From the NCBI GenBank assembly GCA_964247055.1, contig OZ176050.1, positions 11,036,001-11,100,000 on the forward strand: a stretch of 64,000 bases of DNA. The letters run 5' to 3'. Below, piece after piece: positions 25,201 to 40,057 of this stretch (within the stretch, counting starts at the first letter, position 1; every line of letters begins with the position of its first letter). The notes beneath the pieces are model-generated. The model made no database searches and was not told the origin of the DNA. It was given only the letters and a program-made list of their open reading frames with translations. Source of the DNA: Paragordius varius (Eukaryota > Animalia > Nematomorpha). The position numbers and the translations under genes were made by a program.

Positions 25201-28200
25201 AATAATATTGCTTTGTTTCATAAGTAGTTTGATATTTAGTCATTTTTTTGGTATGAAGCATTTAGCTTACATCAAAAAAATTTTTGACAAAATGTATTCA
25301 AATTTCGCCATCTTCTTATATGGAGCATTTACAAAAGTAATAACTTGCATAATCACTCGTAAACGCCAAAACCATAAGCACCATGATAATCCTGATACAT
25401 TTTCCTATCAGAATATGCATATTTTAGTAGGATATCTTTGTTGACACTAATATATATAATATTTACCCAATATATCACGTTAAGAAATTATTTAAGCCTT
25501 ATATATAAAAATATTTTTGGATATCTAAAGCAATAGCATATTTTTACGATGTTTTTCCTACACAATTAGATAGCAAAAATCATCTCAGATTTTAGATTCA
25601 GACATTATGCCCGAAATTGTGATTTAATATTTTTGCCGCTATTTTGACTTCTGGATATCAAATATTTATATATAATGTGATAATCCAATATTATTTGATG
25701 TTGTATTATAAATAATATAGGGTCTAATTTAAGATAAAATTCAATTAGCCTTATGCAATATTAAATAGTTCTGATTTCTTAACTTACCTGTATTTAATAT
25801 TTGCCGATATTCAATATTTCTTAATGTATATGTATAAAAAAATATACTAACCTCTTCTGGTTTACGATGTTCGACCAACAACACGTTTTCCTGTTGATAT
25901 TAATATAAAAGTTAAAATATCTTTTCTCCCGGGATAAAAACACATATCATGAATATTGAGATAGAAAAATAATTTTATACCATTGTTAAGTCAAAATAAC
26001 AATCTAATCCAGGAGTGTCCAAAATGCGGCACTCAAAATAATGCAGCCGGCGGGAAATTTAAATAAATAATTATACAATATCCAATTAAAATCGATTTTC
26101 TTAAACAACTATCTGAATAAGTCTTTTCTTATTTTGGTAATGAACTAGAAAAATTGCTATAAATATGTCTTATGTTTTAAATATAATATAATATTTATTA
26201 ATGCGCATATATTTCGCGCTGATGCAAACCCACGGATGGACATCCTTGCTTTAATCAAAGAGCATATTTAAGCTTTTACTTTTTAAGTAGTTTTCTAAGG
26301 GAGTGCAAATTCTATAAATGATTCAAAAAGATTTTTGTTATACCAATTTAAAAATATGCATTCTATGATCTTTTAAGCCAATTATGTTATCTTTTTTTAA
26401 AAAAAACATAATAAACCCACATCTCATTCTGTGACACATGTGAAAGAATATTAGCCAAAAACGCTCTTATGCTAATAAAAATATTCGAAAACGCTATATC
26501 ATTCATTTATATACAAAACTTCATATAGGCACTATATTTCATCAATCCTATATTCTTCTGTCCAATATTATTTTTATCACAATAATTTATATCTTTACAT
26601 TTGGTCGTTCAAACCTGGAAAAACCGAATTATGCCTACTAAACAAGTTACAACCAACAAAAGCCAGTCATTGACCGATTGAAAATGTTTAACATAAAATA
26701 TAATTGTCAAATTGTCCAGTTCAAGGATGCCATCAGCATATTCTCTTTACGGAACAGGTACGACAACACAATTGAAAATTTAACTCAGGACACTACAGAT
26801 GCCCGAGAACATTGGGGTGACATCATCGTATTTATAATTGAAAACAAATTGGTGAGGTCACAAGAAATCCAGGAGACGACACAATCAAGCGAAACGAGAT
26901 GTGGTAAATTTGAGTTTTACTTTATTATATATATATATATATATATAAATATATATATAATGACACATTAAACTTAGCCACGCGTTTCATCTTCTATATC
27001 TAATTTTATTCGACCTAGTGTGCAAAAAAATACAATGATTGCTTCCAATAACAGTAACAAAGAAAGCCTCCTTTCTATTTATTTTACTCCTTTTTTCAAT
27101 AAAAAATTCAATATACTAAAGCTAATTGATATAAGATTTATAAAGATTTTTTGTTTTGTATGCACCGTGTTATAATACGCAATGCTGGAATAGTCTTGAA
27201 TGTGAAAAATCCCAAATCGACTTTTATATTTAAGAAGCGGGGACTTTATTTCGGCATTTGTTCTACGCCCTAATCAAAAGGTTTTATTAAAAAGTTTTCG
27301 TAAATAGAATCGCAGCAATATTTTGTCACAAGGGTAATAAGATAAGTCAAAAAACGGTATTGCGGCTTACTAATTGATGATACTAGAATTCGGGAATATT
27401 CAATGCCTTAAAACATATTCCTTTTCTTAAAAGAGGCTTTTCTATATTTGGGTATCATTCATCTAAACATATATTTCTAAATATACGGCGTCAGTCCTTT
27501 TTAGATGTGTAAAAGTTATCAAAAGAATATTAAAAATCAAAAAATGAATTCAATTAAAATTTTATATTCCATAAAATATTTTATCATTAAATTGTATTTT
27601 AAATTCAAAAAGAAATACAATAAAATAGACGTTGCGGCCCGCGAATCCATCTGTGTTAGACAAGAGACCTTGTTCTGTGGAATTAAAATATCTAATATAT
27701 TACTTACAATTCACCCTCAAACTTAAATTCACCCTGAAAATGTGTTTTTGGGCTAATATAACTCATCATTAATATAAAATATATATTTATATATTAATGG
27801 CATAGTCTATTATTTTCTCAATATTTTAACTTTAAACAAAATTTAAATTTTTAAAAATATAACAAGATATAAATAATTTTTTATCTTAAAACACTAAATT
27901 TATTTGTGTTTGAGGGTGAATTTTAATTGTTCAAGGGTGAATTCGAACTGTAATGGTATATATTAAATACCTGTTCTAACATTTTATCTATATTTATTAG
28001 TTCAGTTAGATTGGAGCTTGGTAAGAGTGAGCGAGAAATATTGTAAAATTTTGCAAGTGTTGGTGATTGGATATTATTAGGGATCCGACAACTTAACTGT
28101 TTGTTATCAATCTTTTCGAAACACATAAAAAGAATGGGCACACTATGGTTATGTAAATAGTTAAGTATATTAATGAGTTGTGAATAGGTCACATTTGAAG

Positions 28201-31200
28201 CGTCATAAGGAAAAATATCATTGATTATTGTTTGGAATTGTGTAATGCCCTCTCCATCCCGAACATTCCTACACGTGTTATAAAAGTTTTTGGCAATATC
28301 AAAGGCGATTTTATTATTCCCGGTTAAGTTTACTGAGGTGCTTCCTACAATTTAAGATTAGGGTATATAATAAATTATATTAATTTTGCAATATTATAAC
28401 ATTTTATAAAATTTATACTTATAATATTGAAATTATACAGACAAGACGTATATGAACATGTGGACAAAAGTTTTTTTTAACAACCATCCTTTTTATACTT
28501 AATTTTTCATATATAAATTATCATTGTAAAATACCTATATGATTAGGTTACCAATATACATACATCTATATTTCATACATTGCAATCTTAAGCAATAATT
28601 TATATATATATATATATATATAACAAGAATTGAAAAAATTATTGGCTTTTAGAAAAAAAGATTTGTTTTTATATTTTTACCTTTGTCCGTATAATTTCAA
28701 TGTTTACTCATAATAATTAAAGAAACGATATTGGTTAAAGTACCACTTAGCATATCAGCAATCATATTGCGTAAATTATTTGTCATATTGATATTGACAG
28801 ACCACAAACCATCAATGCCATTTTGGCGTTCGTAATTAGAACAGGCATATTTGTGAAAATTCGAACATTCACTATATCTGTAATCCAAACGGGAGAAAAT
28901 TTTTTGCAATGATACATTTATATGGCTTGAATTGAAATCACTTGAATTGTTTATACTTTGAATCAAATTTTTTTGATCACTATCAAATTCTAATATTATA
29001 ATAATATAAAAAAAATATAAAATGATTTCGAAGCAAGTTTTAATATATGAAAAAATCAATCAAAACTCCTATAACAAAAAGAAAATGTACGTAAATAATT
29101 AAATAATTGGATAATAATGATCTTTATTAAAAATATTAAAAATAGAAATACAACAATGAAAATTAATTTTATTACATCTATCTATATATTTTGGAAAGTG
29201 GTTTTGTGATCTGTACTCGTAAAAAGTCAAAAATTTAAGTCGAGCGGAATTTTTAAATTAGCCGTTGAATAGGCCCTTTATGCCCTAAAAAATGCGATAT
29301 CATTGAATTTTATTATTTAGTTTTGAAGCCATTCTTCCAAAAACTAATGAGAGCATATGGAATCAATCATGATTCCAGGTATTCTCCGTAATACGACAAA
29401 AATTTTAATCAAGCGCTTTTTTGTATCAGCCTCTGGGTAGGGAGCTACCCGCCTAAAACTGCGGCACTATATCGAAGTTGCGTTGTTTGTTTTTTTTCAG
29501 AAAACTTATCAGGCCACATAAGTTTAATATGGGCCTGAAATATTACCCGTAAAAAGGCAAAAATTAAAGTAGAGCGGTTTATTAAAATTAGCCGTTAATT
29601 AGCCCCTTTACGCCCTAAAAAATGCGCTATCATTGAACTATTATTTAGTTTTGAAGCCATTCCTCCAAAAACTATTAAGAACATATGGTATGAATGATGA
29701 ATTCATCCATAAGGCAAAATTTGATATCGAATGTCTTTTTTGTATTGGCCTTTGGGTAGGGGTACCCGCCAACAACTGAGTCACCATATCGATGCAGCAT
29801 TCCTTTGGAGCTAAATTTCAGAAAACCTATGATTCTAATAGGAACATATGGAATCCATGATAATTCCAGATATTCCCCATATAAAGGCAAAACTTTGCCC
29901 TACGCTTTTTTTATATCTGCCCCTGGGTAAGGCACTACCCGTCAAAAACCGCGCACTATATAGCAATTGCGTTGTTTTGGAGCTAATTTTCTGAAATTTT
30001 ATGAAGCCTTATGAGCTCATTAAAAGCTGGAAATATTACCCGTAACTAGGCAAAGAAGGTGAGGTTTTTTTATTAGCCGTTAATTTGGGGGCCCTTATGC
30101 CCTAAAAACACGCCATCAATAACGATTACTTAGTGTTGAGGTATTTTTTCGAACCCATGAGATGATGGTACCAAAGATAATTCCAAATATTTCCTATAAA
30201 GGCGAAGAATTTACCTTAGCGCTTTTTCCATATAGGTCTATGGGTAGGGGTCTACTGGTTTAAAACTGAGACGCCATACAAAAATGGCGTGGTTACCAAA
30301 TTTTCAAAAAACTTAAGAAGCCATACCCGATGTCAAAAATTATGCTTTTTTTGCACGTTTCACCCAATAATTGCCATGTTTTTTTTATACTAAGATCATT
30401 GCTGAATAAATATTTTTTTGTTCACATTGTTAAAATTTGGTGTGCTTGGGGCCTTTATACTATTAAACTCGCTCAACAATATGTTTTCGAAGCTATTTTT
30501 CGCCAAAATTATGAGATCATAATAATTTGATTAGGGGTGCAGGTCGCATATAAAGGCAAAAAAATTTGCTCCTCCACCCAAGAAGCCCGAAGAGCAGCCC
30601 GAGATTTACGCTAGTATTTTATATAATTAAAAAAGGATCAGTATATCAAAATATCCTATAATTTTAAAAACTTTCTTTATTTCACACGAGTTGGTAATAT
30701 AGTCTCAATTATTTATTTTAAATGGTGATGACTTAAATAATTAGGATTATAGGAAGTAATTCTTTAGAGCATGAGTCAAAAACCCTAAGCACTCTACCAT
30801 CACGCATTCATTAAAAATGCACACATAATTTGCAAAAACCAACAAAAATTTTTTAGATCAGGGGTGTCCCACACAAATGGCTTCGCGGGTCGCATTTGAA
30901 ATGAGTAAACTTTATTCCATTGAAAAATATGATCGTTGTAAGCTATGTTTATAGTGACGATTAAGCTAAGTCATACATTTATCTAGCGCAGGGATGGCCA
31001 ACACGTGGCCCTTTGAGCTATTATGTGCGGCCCGCGAAATATTTGTATAAATTACCAATACATAGAATTTCCGTAATCAAAAATATACTGATAAAACCTA
31101 GTAAAATTTAATCAAATTTAATAAGTCATTAAAATTGTAATAATATCATTTTGTTTTTTTTTTCATTTTTTACAGTCCTACATTAAATATAAAATATTTA

Positions 31201-33709
31201 AGTATGCCCATATATTTTTCAAGTGCAGCCCATAGGATTTTATTTAACGTTAAAATTAATTTCATAGTAGATTTGAACCCAATATTCATGATTGAATACA
31301 TTTAAATTGTTTTACAAACTCCACATCTTTATCTCCATGTGCATTGGTAAATGTTAAGCTTGGTAAATCAAATTCTGGAAAAAATTAAAAAATCCAACGC
31401 AAATAAACAATTTATTTAGTTATCTTAATTAAGGCTAAAACAGTGTAATTTCAATAACCAAAGTAATGACCGTTTGTGGATATATTTTGGTTTTTATTAA
31501 GCAAAACAATCAAACGCCAATATTTTGAATCAGGGTTACACTAACCTAATGTTTTATATTCAATATTTTGAATATATATAATATATACTTTGCAACGTAT
31601 CATAGTGGAGCAATACCAGACAACGATTTGACATTTCTATCCATTTTGGCTCCAGACTAGAGAAGACTTTGGCCTTGAATGTTTTTATAATGTCAAGTGC
31701 TGAAAACCTTTTAAAGATTTCGCATGGCTCAAAATAATTGATAGGTAATTTTGTTACAGGGTTTCTATAATGCACGGTTCTGTCTAACAAATATTTAATA
31801 AAAAATTCCTTATTATTTTAAATGCTTAATTTAAATTGAAATTAGTTATTACGTTCCATACATAAAATACTTAATTTCTTTAATTGTAAAGGCAATAAAT
31901 TTAAACACAAAAATTAAGGCTAATTTTAATTTTTTGATTCAGTGCATGAATTCGGTCGATTACATATATACTACATTAGAATATTTTAGGGAACTCTATA
32001 TATACTGTACCAAACGGATAAATGTAGTGTTTCAGCTATTGGTTTTAGATAGAGGAAATCACCAGATTTAATCTGGACATTTAAGGAATAAAGCTCAAAA
32101 ACTGACATTTAGCAGTGAGTTGTCTTAAGTTTTCATAAAATAAATGATATTATTTAAAAAGTAAAAAATAGATGGATAATTAAAAATTAGTGTCAGCTTC
32201 TCAAATTGTAAGGATATATCCACATTTTTGTAAAGACTACGAATAGATAGTACTTCTAAAACTATCAACCCGAAATCTGATTTCAAATTTTGTGGTGACT
32301 TTAAACGTTTTGGGAGTTTGAATAATTAAAAGTAAATGATATGCTCTTATAATCAAAAAATGGAACGCAGAAAACCTAATCTGACTATATTTTTGTAAAA
32401 TATAGACATATATGCTTAAACCATTTATCATAAATTTTAAATCAATGTTAGAAACATAAAATAGTTAAAACACCCAATTTAACACCAGTTATTTAAATTG
32501 TTATGTTAGAATTTGATATGTAAACTTGCTTTTCTAAAAATTCATAATAGGTTAATTTTGCCAAAACTTTTTATAAATAATTTCTTTAATGAAGCCTATA
32601 ATGGAGGTAATTTTGAATGCTTTTGATTGGTATCTCTCAAAATTTAAATGTTAAAGTTAAGTTAAATTTTGTTATGTAAGTATTATATTTTTGCTTTATT
32701 TTTTCATACCATGTGAATAATGGATATTGGTTGATTAACATCTATCATAAATTACTCAATTTTGACCGAAGCTTTTGCGATGTCAAAGAATCCAAACTTT
32801 GTAAAAGATTTTTAAAAAATTGCAATGAAATAGATATCTCATTTTTATATATACGTGTATATGTAAAATATTTTTTGCATTTATCTCCATATTTTACAAA
32901 GTTATAACCAAAATACCGAAAATTATGTATTTGGCACATCTTTGTTTTTTGCATTTAATTGTCTTATATGACGTTTGACCCAATTAAAAACCGTATTGTT
33001 CCTAAAACTTTTGTCTCTTTTAAACACAAATATTTGATAAACTATGTAAAATATCGCAGAGTTAAGCTTGTGTGTTTCACCACTGTATATCACAATTATG
33101 TGACTTGTAAATTTTACCTTTGATTTCGTATATATGTATTGTCTGTATTTAGCTATAACTTGCAAAACAAATACAAAAATTTTTACTATATATAAAGTCT
33201 TTGCATCTTAATTATATGTATCTAATGAACAACACAATATGTTGTTATGTTACAAATGATTAAAAAGTGTTTTAGTTAATCAGATCGGAAAAAATTATTT
33301 ATATGAGTTTTAACTTTCTTTTTTACATATTAAATAAGTGTTTATAAAATTATACTTGAATGAATATTTGATGTCATATGAACTGTATCAATCATACTAT
33401 ATCGCATGCAATCAGTGAAATTGTTGTAATCTACCTTTGTTAAATTCATATTTCGTAATTGAGTCCTTGTTATTGACGTATTATATAAAGTCGCATATTT
33501 CAGATCAGAACTCCCAAACGTTTTTACAACTATTTCATCCAAGTCCAACAATCGTTGATTACAAGTGCTGTCACTGGTAACTATAAAAACAATAGTTATG
33601 CACACTCTTTATAAACTGATTTAATATAGAAATTTCTAACTCTGCGACAGGCGTCGCTGTGATTTTGGATTATAATAATAGGTTCATTGATTGACTTGAT
33701 AATGGTCAT
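20309..33709 (-). CDS. Highly divergent M13 (neprilysin/ECE-like) peptidase-family gene, multi-exon, 3' end not located
   Basis: Phase-consistent GT-AG exon chain: 33580-33356, 31783-31589, 28989-28744 (RLDYRYSECSNFHKYACSNY = M13 'MD.S..PC.DFY.YAC..W'), 28344-27971 (AFDIAKNFYNTC = 'A..KA..FY.SC'), 27074-27034, 25890-25852, 25819-25788, 24216-24196, 24116-24028, 23905-23636 (WNKQCL), 23609-23589, 21392-21301, ... 20361-20309 (WIDDNILIKPYY ~ FPAGILQPPFF). Putative 5' exons 33709-33641 and 33615-33606. The start, the small exons and the 21.0-21.3 kb region are uncertain. Confidence 0.6.
22188..22257. repeat. (TA)n microsatellite
   Basis: About 35 TA units with one TTTA interruption. Confidence 0.95.
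22383..23506. mobile_element. TA-flanked MITE
   Basis: Terminal inverted match ACACTGGACAACAAATTT / AAATTTTTTGTCTAGTGT. Confidence 0.45.
26010..26248. mobile_element. Short non-autonomous hAT element
   Basis: TIRs CAGGAGTGTCCA / TGGACATCCTTG, with flanks ATCTAATC / CTTTAATC (6/8 match). Confidence 0.6.
27698..27958. mobile_element. MITE family C copy (in an M13-like intron)
   Basis: Inverted CAATTC(A/G)AATTCACCC(T) subterminal units; ends TAATGG|TA. Confidence 0.65.
29177..30614 (+). mobile_element. Non-autonomous Helitron-like element with an internal higher-order tandem repeat
   Basis: Lies between A (29176) and T (30615) with no TSD. Starts TCTATCTATATA, ends ..GCCCGAAGAGC..CGCTAG. Internal ~150-170-bp units are repeated. 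Confidence 0.65.
30859..31040. mobile_element. Two adjacent hAT-type left ends
   Basis: CAGGGGTGTCCCACACAAATGGCTTCGCGGGTCG (30859; same family as 8227) and CAGGGATGGCCAACACGTGGCCC (30989). Matching right ends were not identified. Confidence 0.45.
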
Positions 33710-36700
33710 AAAAAATTATAAAGCCTTACGTTATTTCCCCCAATTGCTTCAAACTATATAATGGGGTGCATTTTAATTATAGTCTGACCGCCAAATTTAT
33801 AAAAAGTGAAAATACGTTCTCTTTAAAAATCCCTAGGACAATTATTGAATTTCAAAGGTCTCATTACCGAAACGCTTATAGTAATATTTAAATTTAGTTT
33901 TTTGCAAAAGAACTAATTTTCACTGGATGGGACTAACCAAAGGGACTTATTACCGAAAGTAGTTTGACTATATCGGCTCATTTTTGTATACAATCAACCC
34001 TTTTTTGAGTGACTCTTTTTTACTTTTTATGTGATATAAGTTTTTCCAACTTTTTTGTGCAATTGTTACATGGTATTTTAATGATTGGTTATTTTTCAAT
34101 TTTTTGCTGTTTTATTTATCTGCTATCGTTATATTATTACCCATTATATCAACAAAATATTTATATTTTTAGAAAATATATTTTGTAAAATTTATAAGTT
34201 ACAACAATCGTATTTTTTTAAAATTAATAGATTTCAGATTAAATTTATTGATTTTAAAACCTTTAAAAACATATAGGTAGGATTGGTATTGAAAAATAAT
34301 TTAAATTCTTAAAAAAAAATTACAATAATGTTGCTAGAATTTTTCATTTTCAGAAAAATTATACGCTTTAATGGCAAATTTAAAAGGTTTGTACCAAAGT
34401 TTAATGAAGGCTACATTCAAATACTGTATATGGGAATAAGTTTGAATTAATGTGTAATCAGCCGTTACATATAACCTTGGGGCAGAATGCCTAGGCGTGG
34501 TAATCCGTTATTTTCCCTGTACGTGATTAAGGAGAATTTTTTTTGCCTATTTACTGTTAACCAATAAAAAAAGTTAACAAAATATCTGAAAAAACTATTT
34601 CGGGAATTTTGTGCGTTCCCCTGCACCACACAAAAAGAAGTTTGACTGTATATACTTTTGAGTTTGAATGGGTGTACACATTTTCTTAGAAATGGCTTCA
34701 AGCAAAATTTTCATTCTCATTTAATTTCAACAGTAAACTCTAAATAGGCCTTTTACAGAAAATGATTATAAATCTTAATTACTTTAGAGCTTAATGTATG
34801 AACCGAATTAACTATAACATCATGAGGATGTTTATAAGAAAAACCATTTGGATATCAAATATTTTGTCTGTTATATGCGAAAATCTACCAAGAGGTTGAG
34901 GATTAATAGATAAACGATATTTTTGACCGATCTTTAAATATTTTTAATCAAAATGCTATTTTGGGAATATAAAATTCCCTAAAATTAATTGGTATAGCCC
35001 GACAATGCACACAAAAAAATGAAGAAATATATATTTTGGTACAATGTATCAATATTCTATACTTATTTTAGTTCTGGAGCTTACGATATAAGTATATATC
35101 GTAATTACCTGACATTTAAAAAAAAATTTTGGTATCAAAAAATTTAATATATACTATCATTAGACTTGGAAAATTTATACAATGTTTGTGTTTTATTTTC
35201 TCAGCTCTAAGTTACTTATTATTGAGACCGACTGAGATCTTATGTGGTTTTGTTAATTAACCAATACGATGGCGTGTCAACCGATAGCTGTATATATAAC
35301 TCCCATTTTTCTAATCTTAATTATTGCCCACAAATTTAAGTTAGAGTTGCGTTTTCAAAATTGAAATCAAAGAGTCAAAATTCTTTACAATCATTGAATT
35401 AGATAGAAGAAGTTTTTTTAATATCTTAAAGTGTTTTTATCGATTCAAGTTTTGTTATAAAATAAAAATTAAATTGTAAAGCCACATTCGCAAATAAAAA
35501 CTTTGATGACAAAATTTCGAACATATTTTAAATTTTTATTGAATGATTTCGGTATTTCGTTTAGTTTAAGAAAACTTGGCCATTTTAGACCCGCTGATTT
35601 TGGGCGCAGTGTTATGGAAGAAGATCATTTCAAAAAAACCTAATTTTTTTATGAAAACTTTGCAATTTTTAAGACCATTTATTTTGAAATCTAGCAAAAT
35701 TTTATAATTATAAAAACGCTTTCCTACAGTATATAAAAGTTATAATTATTATGTGAATTTATAGATTTTTAAATATTTACCTATATCAAAATTTGGCATA
35801 ATTTAATTTTAACAACAGTTTTAATTATAATTTTTATGCTATTAGTATTCCATAAAATTTATTTTGCTCAATCCCTTTTTTCCGTCAAAAAGGATATTAG
35901 CTCATCTCAACGAGTGTAAAAAAACGGGTTACCATAAGGAACTTAAATACAATATACATGTACTAGATAAACATTGTTCATTTTCGAATATAATTTAAGA
36001 TGTAATATAAAATTTTTGCACTGAACCCTATCATAGTCTTTATTAAGTTAAACGCACCCTGAATTTTTTTATTATGAACAATTACAAAACAATGTTTTTC
36101 ATTTTATCATTATTGGATATGAATACTCATAGCTTTCATAATCCGAAAAAATTTGGGGGTCACGATAGATATAAGTAATATAATATCAAAAAATTAATTT
36201 TAACCAAAATGTTGTTTTTAAGAAAAAAAATTATTAAAAAACACATCAATAGAAGCGAAATTCGTATGTTTATAAACTTGAGTTTCATAGAGCTTCGACG
36301 ATCACAAATGTAAGCGTATAAATGCAGAAATTTAAAATCGATTTTAATTTGCATCTAATTGTGAAAATGTAACGGAAATATCTTGTCGAAAAACGCTTAG
36401 TTTTGCAAATCGATTTAACTTTTTGTATAAAAGACATATAACTAACCGGTTAGGTTCCTAGGATGGCGAAATTAAACATTCGCCTTTTTAAAAAAAAGAG
36501 CTGAAATACCAAAATTTAATAATAAAAGGAATATTTTTAATTTATAAGCATAGGTTTTGGAATGCAATTAATTCGATTAAAACGTAAATATGTATTAATA
36601 CTTCTCCATCTCGAACGTTTAAATCAATGCATGCTTTCAAAAAATTTAGCAGGACTGTGCAAATATTAATAACAATAAAACCCCTATATAAATATTTTTG

Positions 36701-39700
36701 AAAGTGTACATACTTTTAATTCTGTAAGAACTAAATTTTTAGACGATTTACTTAATAAATTTTGTAGCTAATAGGTTTTATATTTTATTAATATCTATTG
36801 AATATAAAGTTTTACCTATTTTATTCCATAAATAAAAATTTATAACGAAAAAATTTTTAAAACAACTGTCTCTTATCTCTTATTAATTTATTTACCTCAA
36901 TTTTTTTCGGATTGTTAAGAAATAAAAAATAATAACCCTAAATTTAACACAATTATGTATATTATTCAAAAGTGTCCAAAGATAAATTTAAAGCGTTTAA
37001 AAAACATTAACAATTTTAATAGTGTTCCACGGAATCGGAATTACCAACCATAAAAAAGTAGTGTTTTGATATACCTGCTGTATATATGAATTCTTATATT
37101 TAACTTTGCGGTCAAGCTCAATGTATATTACATTAAAAAGCGCTTTGGAGAGGTCTGTTAATTGACACATAAAATTGGTTGCATAAATGCAAATTTTTTT
37201 TCTTAAACATAGATATAAAAATTATTTCTTTCGGCAATCATAATCTTTTTGAACCAATAATAAGGTTAAATAGATGGTATTGCTATAATTTGTGGGAAAG
37301 TATATTGTTTCCGTACAAGGGTCAGTATTTTATTAGTTATAAGGGGATTTTAATTGGTGGGATAAAATTGTATGTCATAAAGTATATTTTTTTAATGCGC
37401 ATAATAGCAAGTAAAGACAAAAATCTTTTCATATACATTGCTATTTTTTATCTGACTCTTATCTTAATTCATTAATTTACTGCAGCTCCCCCCCCCCCCT
37501 CCCCAAAAAAAATAAAAATAAAATAAAAATGTACTGCGATAGCTGAAATATTTTCTGCATATCAGGGACAAATATTGATAACATGCACTTGATATCCTAT
37601 TAAACTATAATTTGTTTCTAGTTATATTTTATAACTTAATCCTCCATATTTATCGCCCCCCTCCCCCCTCTAGATTTTTTACGTACCCTAGCACTGGTTT
37701 ACTGTATTATTAATTTTCATTACAATATAAAGATAGGCCTTAAATATCTATATTAATGAACATGTCTACATAAGCTATTCAATAATATATTATTGTAAGA
37801 AAGAGAAAACAAATTTCTTTCCAACTTACATACAATATCAGTAATTATTGTACACTCCTAGTTTTTCATTAATTATTGCCAAACTGCAAAGAGAATTATT
37901 GTTGGCTAATAATAGTAATTAGTGAAAAATAATTATAAGCTGCCCTTTTCTGTATATCTTACCTATTTGGCAATAATTTAAGAAAAACTAGCAATATCTA
38001 CTTACTGATACTGTAAGATATTTAGCCCTGTTGCCGATCAAAAATTATTTGAGCCAATTTTCTATTAAGGGAAGGATTTTAAAAAATTAATTTTTACCGT
38101 TTGTTTGACTATGAGAGCAACTGAACCATAACGATCCAATTATGAGAGTTAGTAAGAATATCATTAGTATAATTTTATACAAAAAAATTCAAAATAAATT
38201 TTATCTAAATCAAAATTATGTAAATAGTACGGAGCCAAGGGGCATTGTACTAACAATGGCAATAAAATTTGTTATGGTTATATTACTTACTACATAAAAT
38301 AAATGTATTTTCGAGTGTTTAATATACCTGATTGTTTTCAATCAATTTTATATAAATCTACCCAGGATATATTTCCAACTTGTTTACTATTTTATAAGGC
38401 ATTAAATTTATGGTGGTACGGTACTAAATATTATATATATTATAACATATTCAAATAAAAATTATATATATATATCTAACAACATCTATTAAGTAAAAGG
38501 TTACTTTTTTCAACTATAGTTCCAATTGCTCTCCATGAAAAGGCGTTAACGTTGGCAAAAAATAATTAAATGTTATTTATTATACATTTGTATAATTATT
38601 TTTTACTGCCTCCCTATTATTGTTAAAAATTAAACACTTATAAGTACAAATCGAAGGGCTTTTACCTAGAACCCTTCAAAACCAACACTTGGTCTTTACA
38701 CATTAAGCATGAACCGGTTATGACCCGTTTTTTATGAAACCAAAAACATTAGCCCTTTTAACCGTTTAAAACATAGTGTTAAGATTTTTTTTAATTTTTT
38801 TAATCATAAGTATATTTTGATTTTTAGCAAGCAGCATTTAAGTTTTATGTATGGGTAATATATTGATAATTTTGTGATTATATCAATCAAAATTAGTTCT
38901 GTAAGAATGAAACGTAACATAACTATTCGACCGGAAAAAACTGGGAACAAACTACAAAAATAATTTGCAACCGTAATCAAGTACGGTTTTAAGTCCACCC
39001 ATAGTTTTCATTTCTGTCACTTTTTGACCGCTTTCAATGTTTTGTGAATAAATAATTTAATTATAGATAAAGCATTTGATTTTAACTTATTGAAATTATA
39101 TGGGAATGTCCATCGATTTATTTTAAAAGCACTGTGTGACAAAATAAAATTGAAAATATATGATTTTAATGCATTATTTTTGTTTGCCATCATTAATAAA
39201 GTCTTATCGAGGGGGCGAATAGCATGCACACATGTCCCAGCGCAATAATCGAAATTAATATTTATATAATATGTGTGATTTTTTGGATATTATTAAGGTA
39301 AGAGTATTAGAGGTTTTAAGTCGTTATTCCGTAACATTTTAACGATTCATATCTTGGCTCTCTCATGCATTAAAAATAGAGTGTGTCATGCTTTGAATAC
39401 ACCGGAATTCGATAATTAAAATTATTTTGCATATAATTTAAATTTAAATTCCTTAAATTCTTTTTCAATTCAAACGTGTGCATTTTTTATTGTAAAATTT
39501 GATATATTTTGTATCCTCCAAACTTTACTTTCCCCGGCTCTCTAACAGTAAAAATTTTATATATACGTGATTTCGTTAAACAACTGAATGGCACCTTTAT
39601 CTAACATGACCAGGTGAGTTGTGTTTTAAAAATATGATTTTTTTTGAAATAACACGGGCATCCTCGGAGGGAATGTTAGAGCCGCTGATATTTGAGTAGG

Positions 39701-40057
39701 GCTGGTTACCAATCTCGGACATCTCTTTTGGTCGGAGTTGAGACTTAGCTCAGTGCAAGGTCACCACCTATCATCCTGGGTTAGCGTCCCAGTCAAAGCT
39801 ACAGCTGAAACATGGTCGCACAAAGGGGTAACGTTGACGCTTGTAATGTCTAATATCTCCAAAATTGGTCAGTCTCAAAGGCCATATTCATTTAGAAGCA
39901 AATAAAGATCCCTTTGCAAGATAAGATTATAAAATAAACTCTACATTTGACGCAATAAAGACCTTTGACTTTACTTTGAAGAGTAAGGACCATAACGCTG
40001 TTTCGGTTATTTAAAATCAATAATGCTTTTGCATAAACACGGCGAAATTAACATATA

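Noticed and set aside
38804-39229. Two adjacent minus-strand ORFs as 5' transmembrane exons of the M13-like gene
   Set aside because: No recognisable family motif and no phase-consistent splice link to 33709 could be established.
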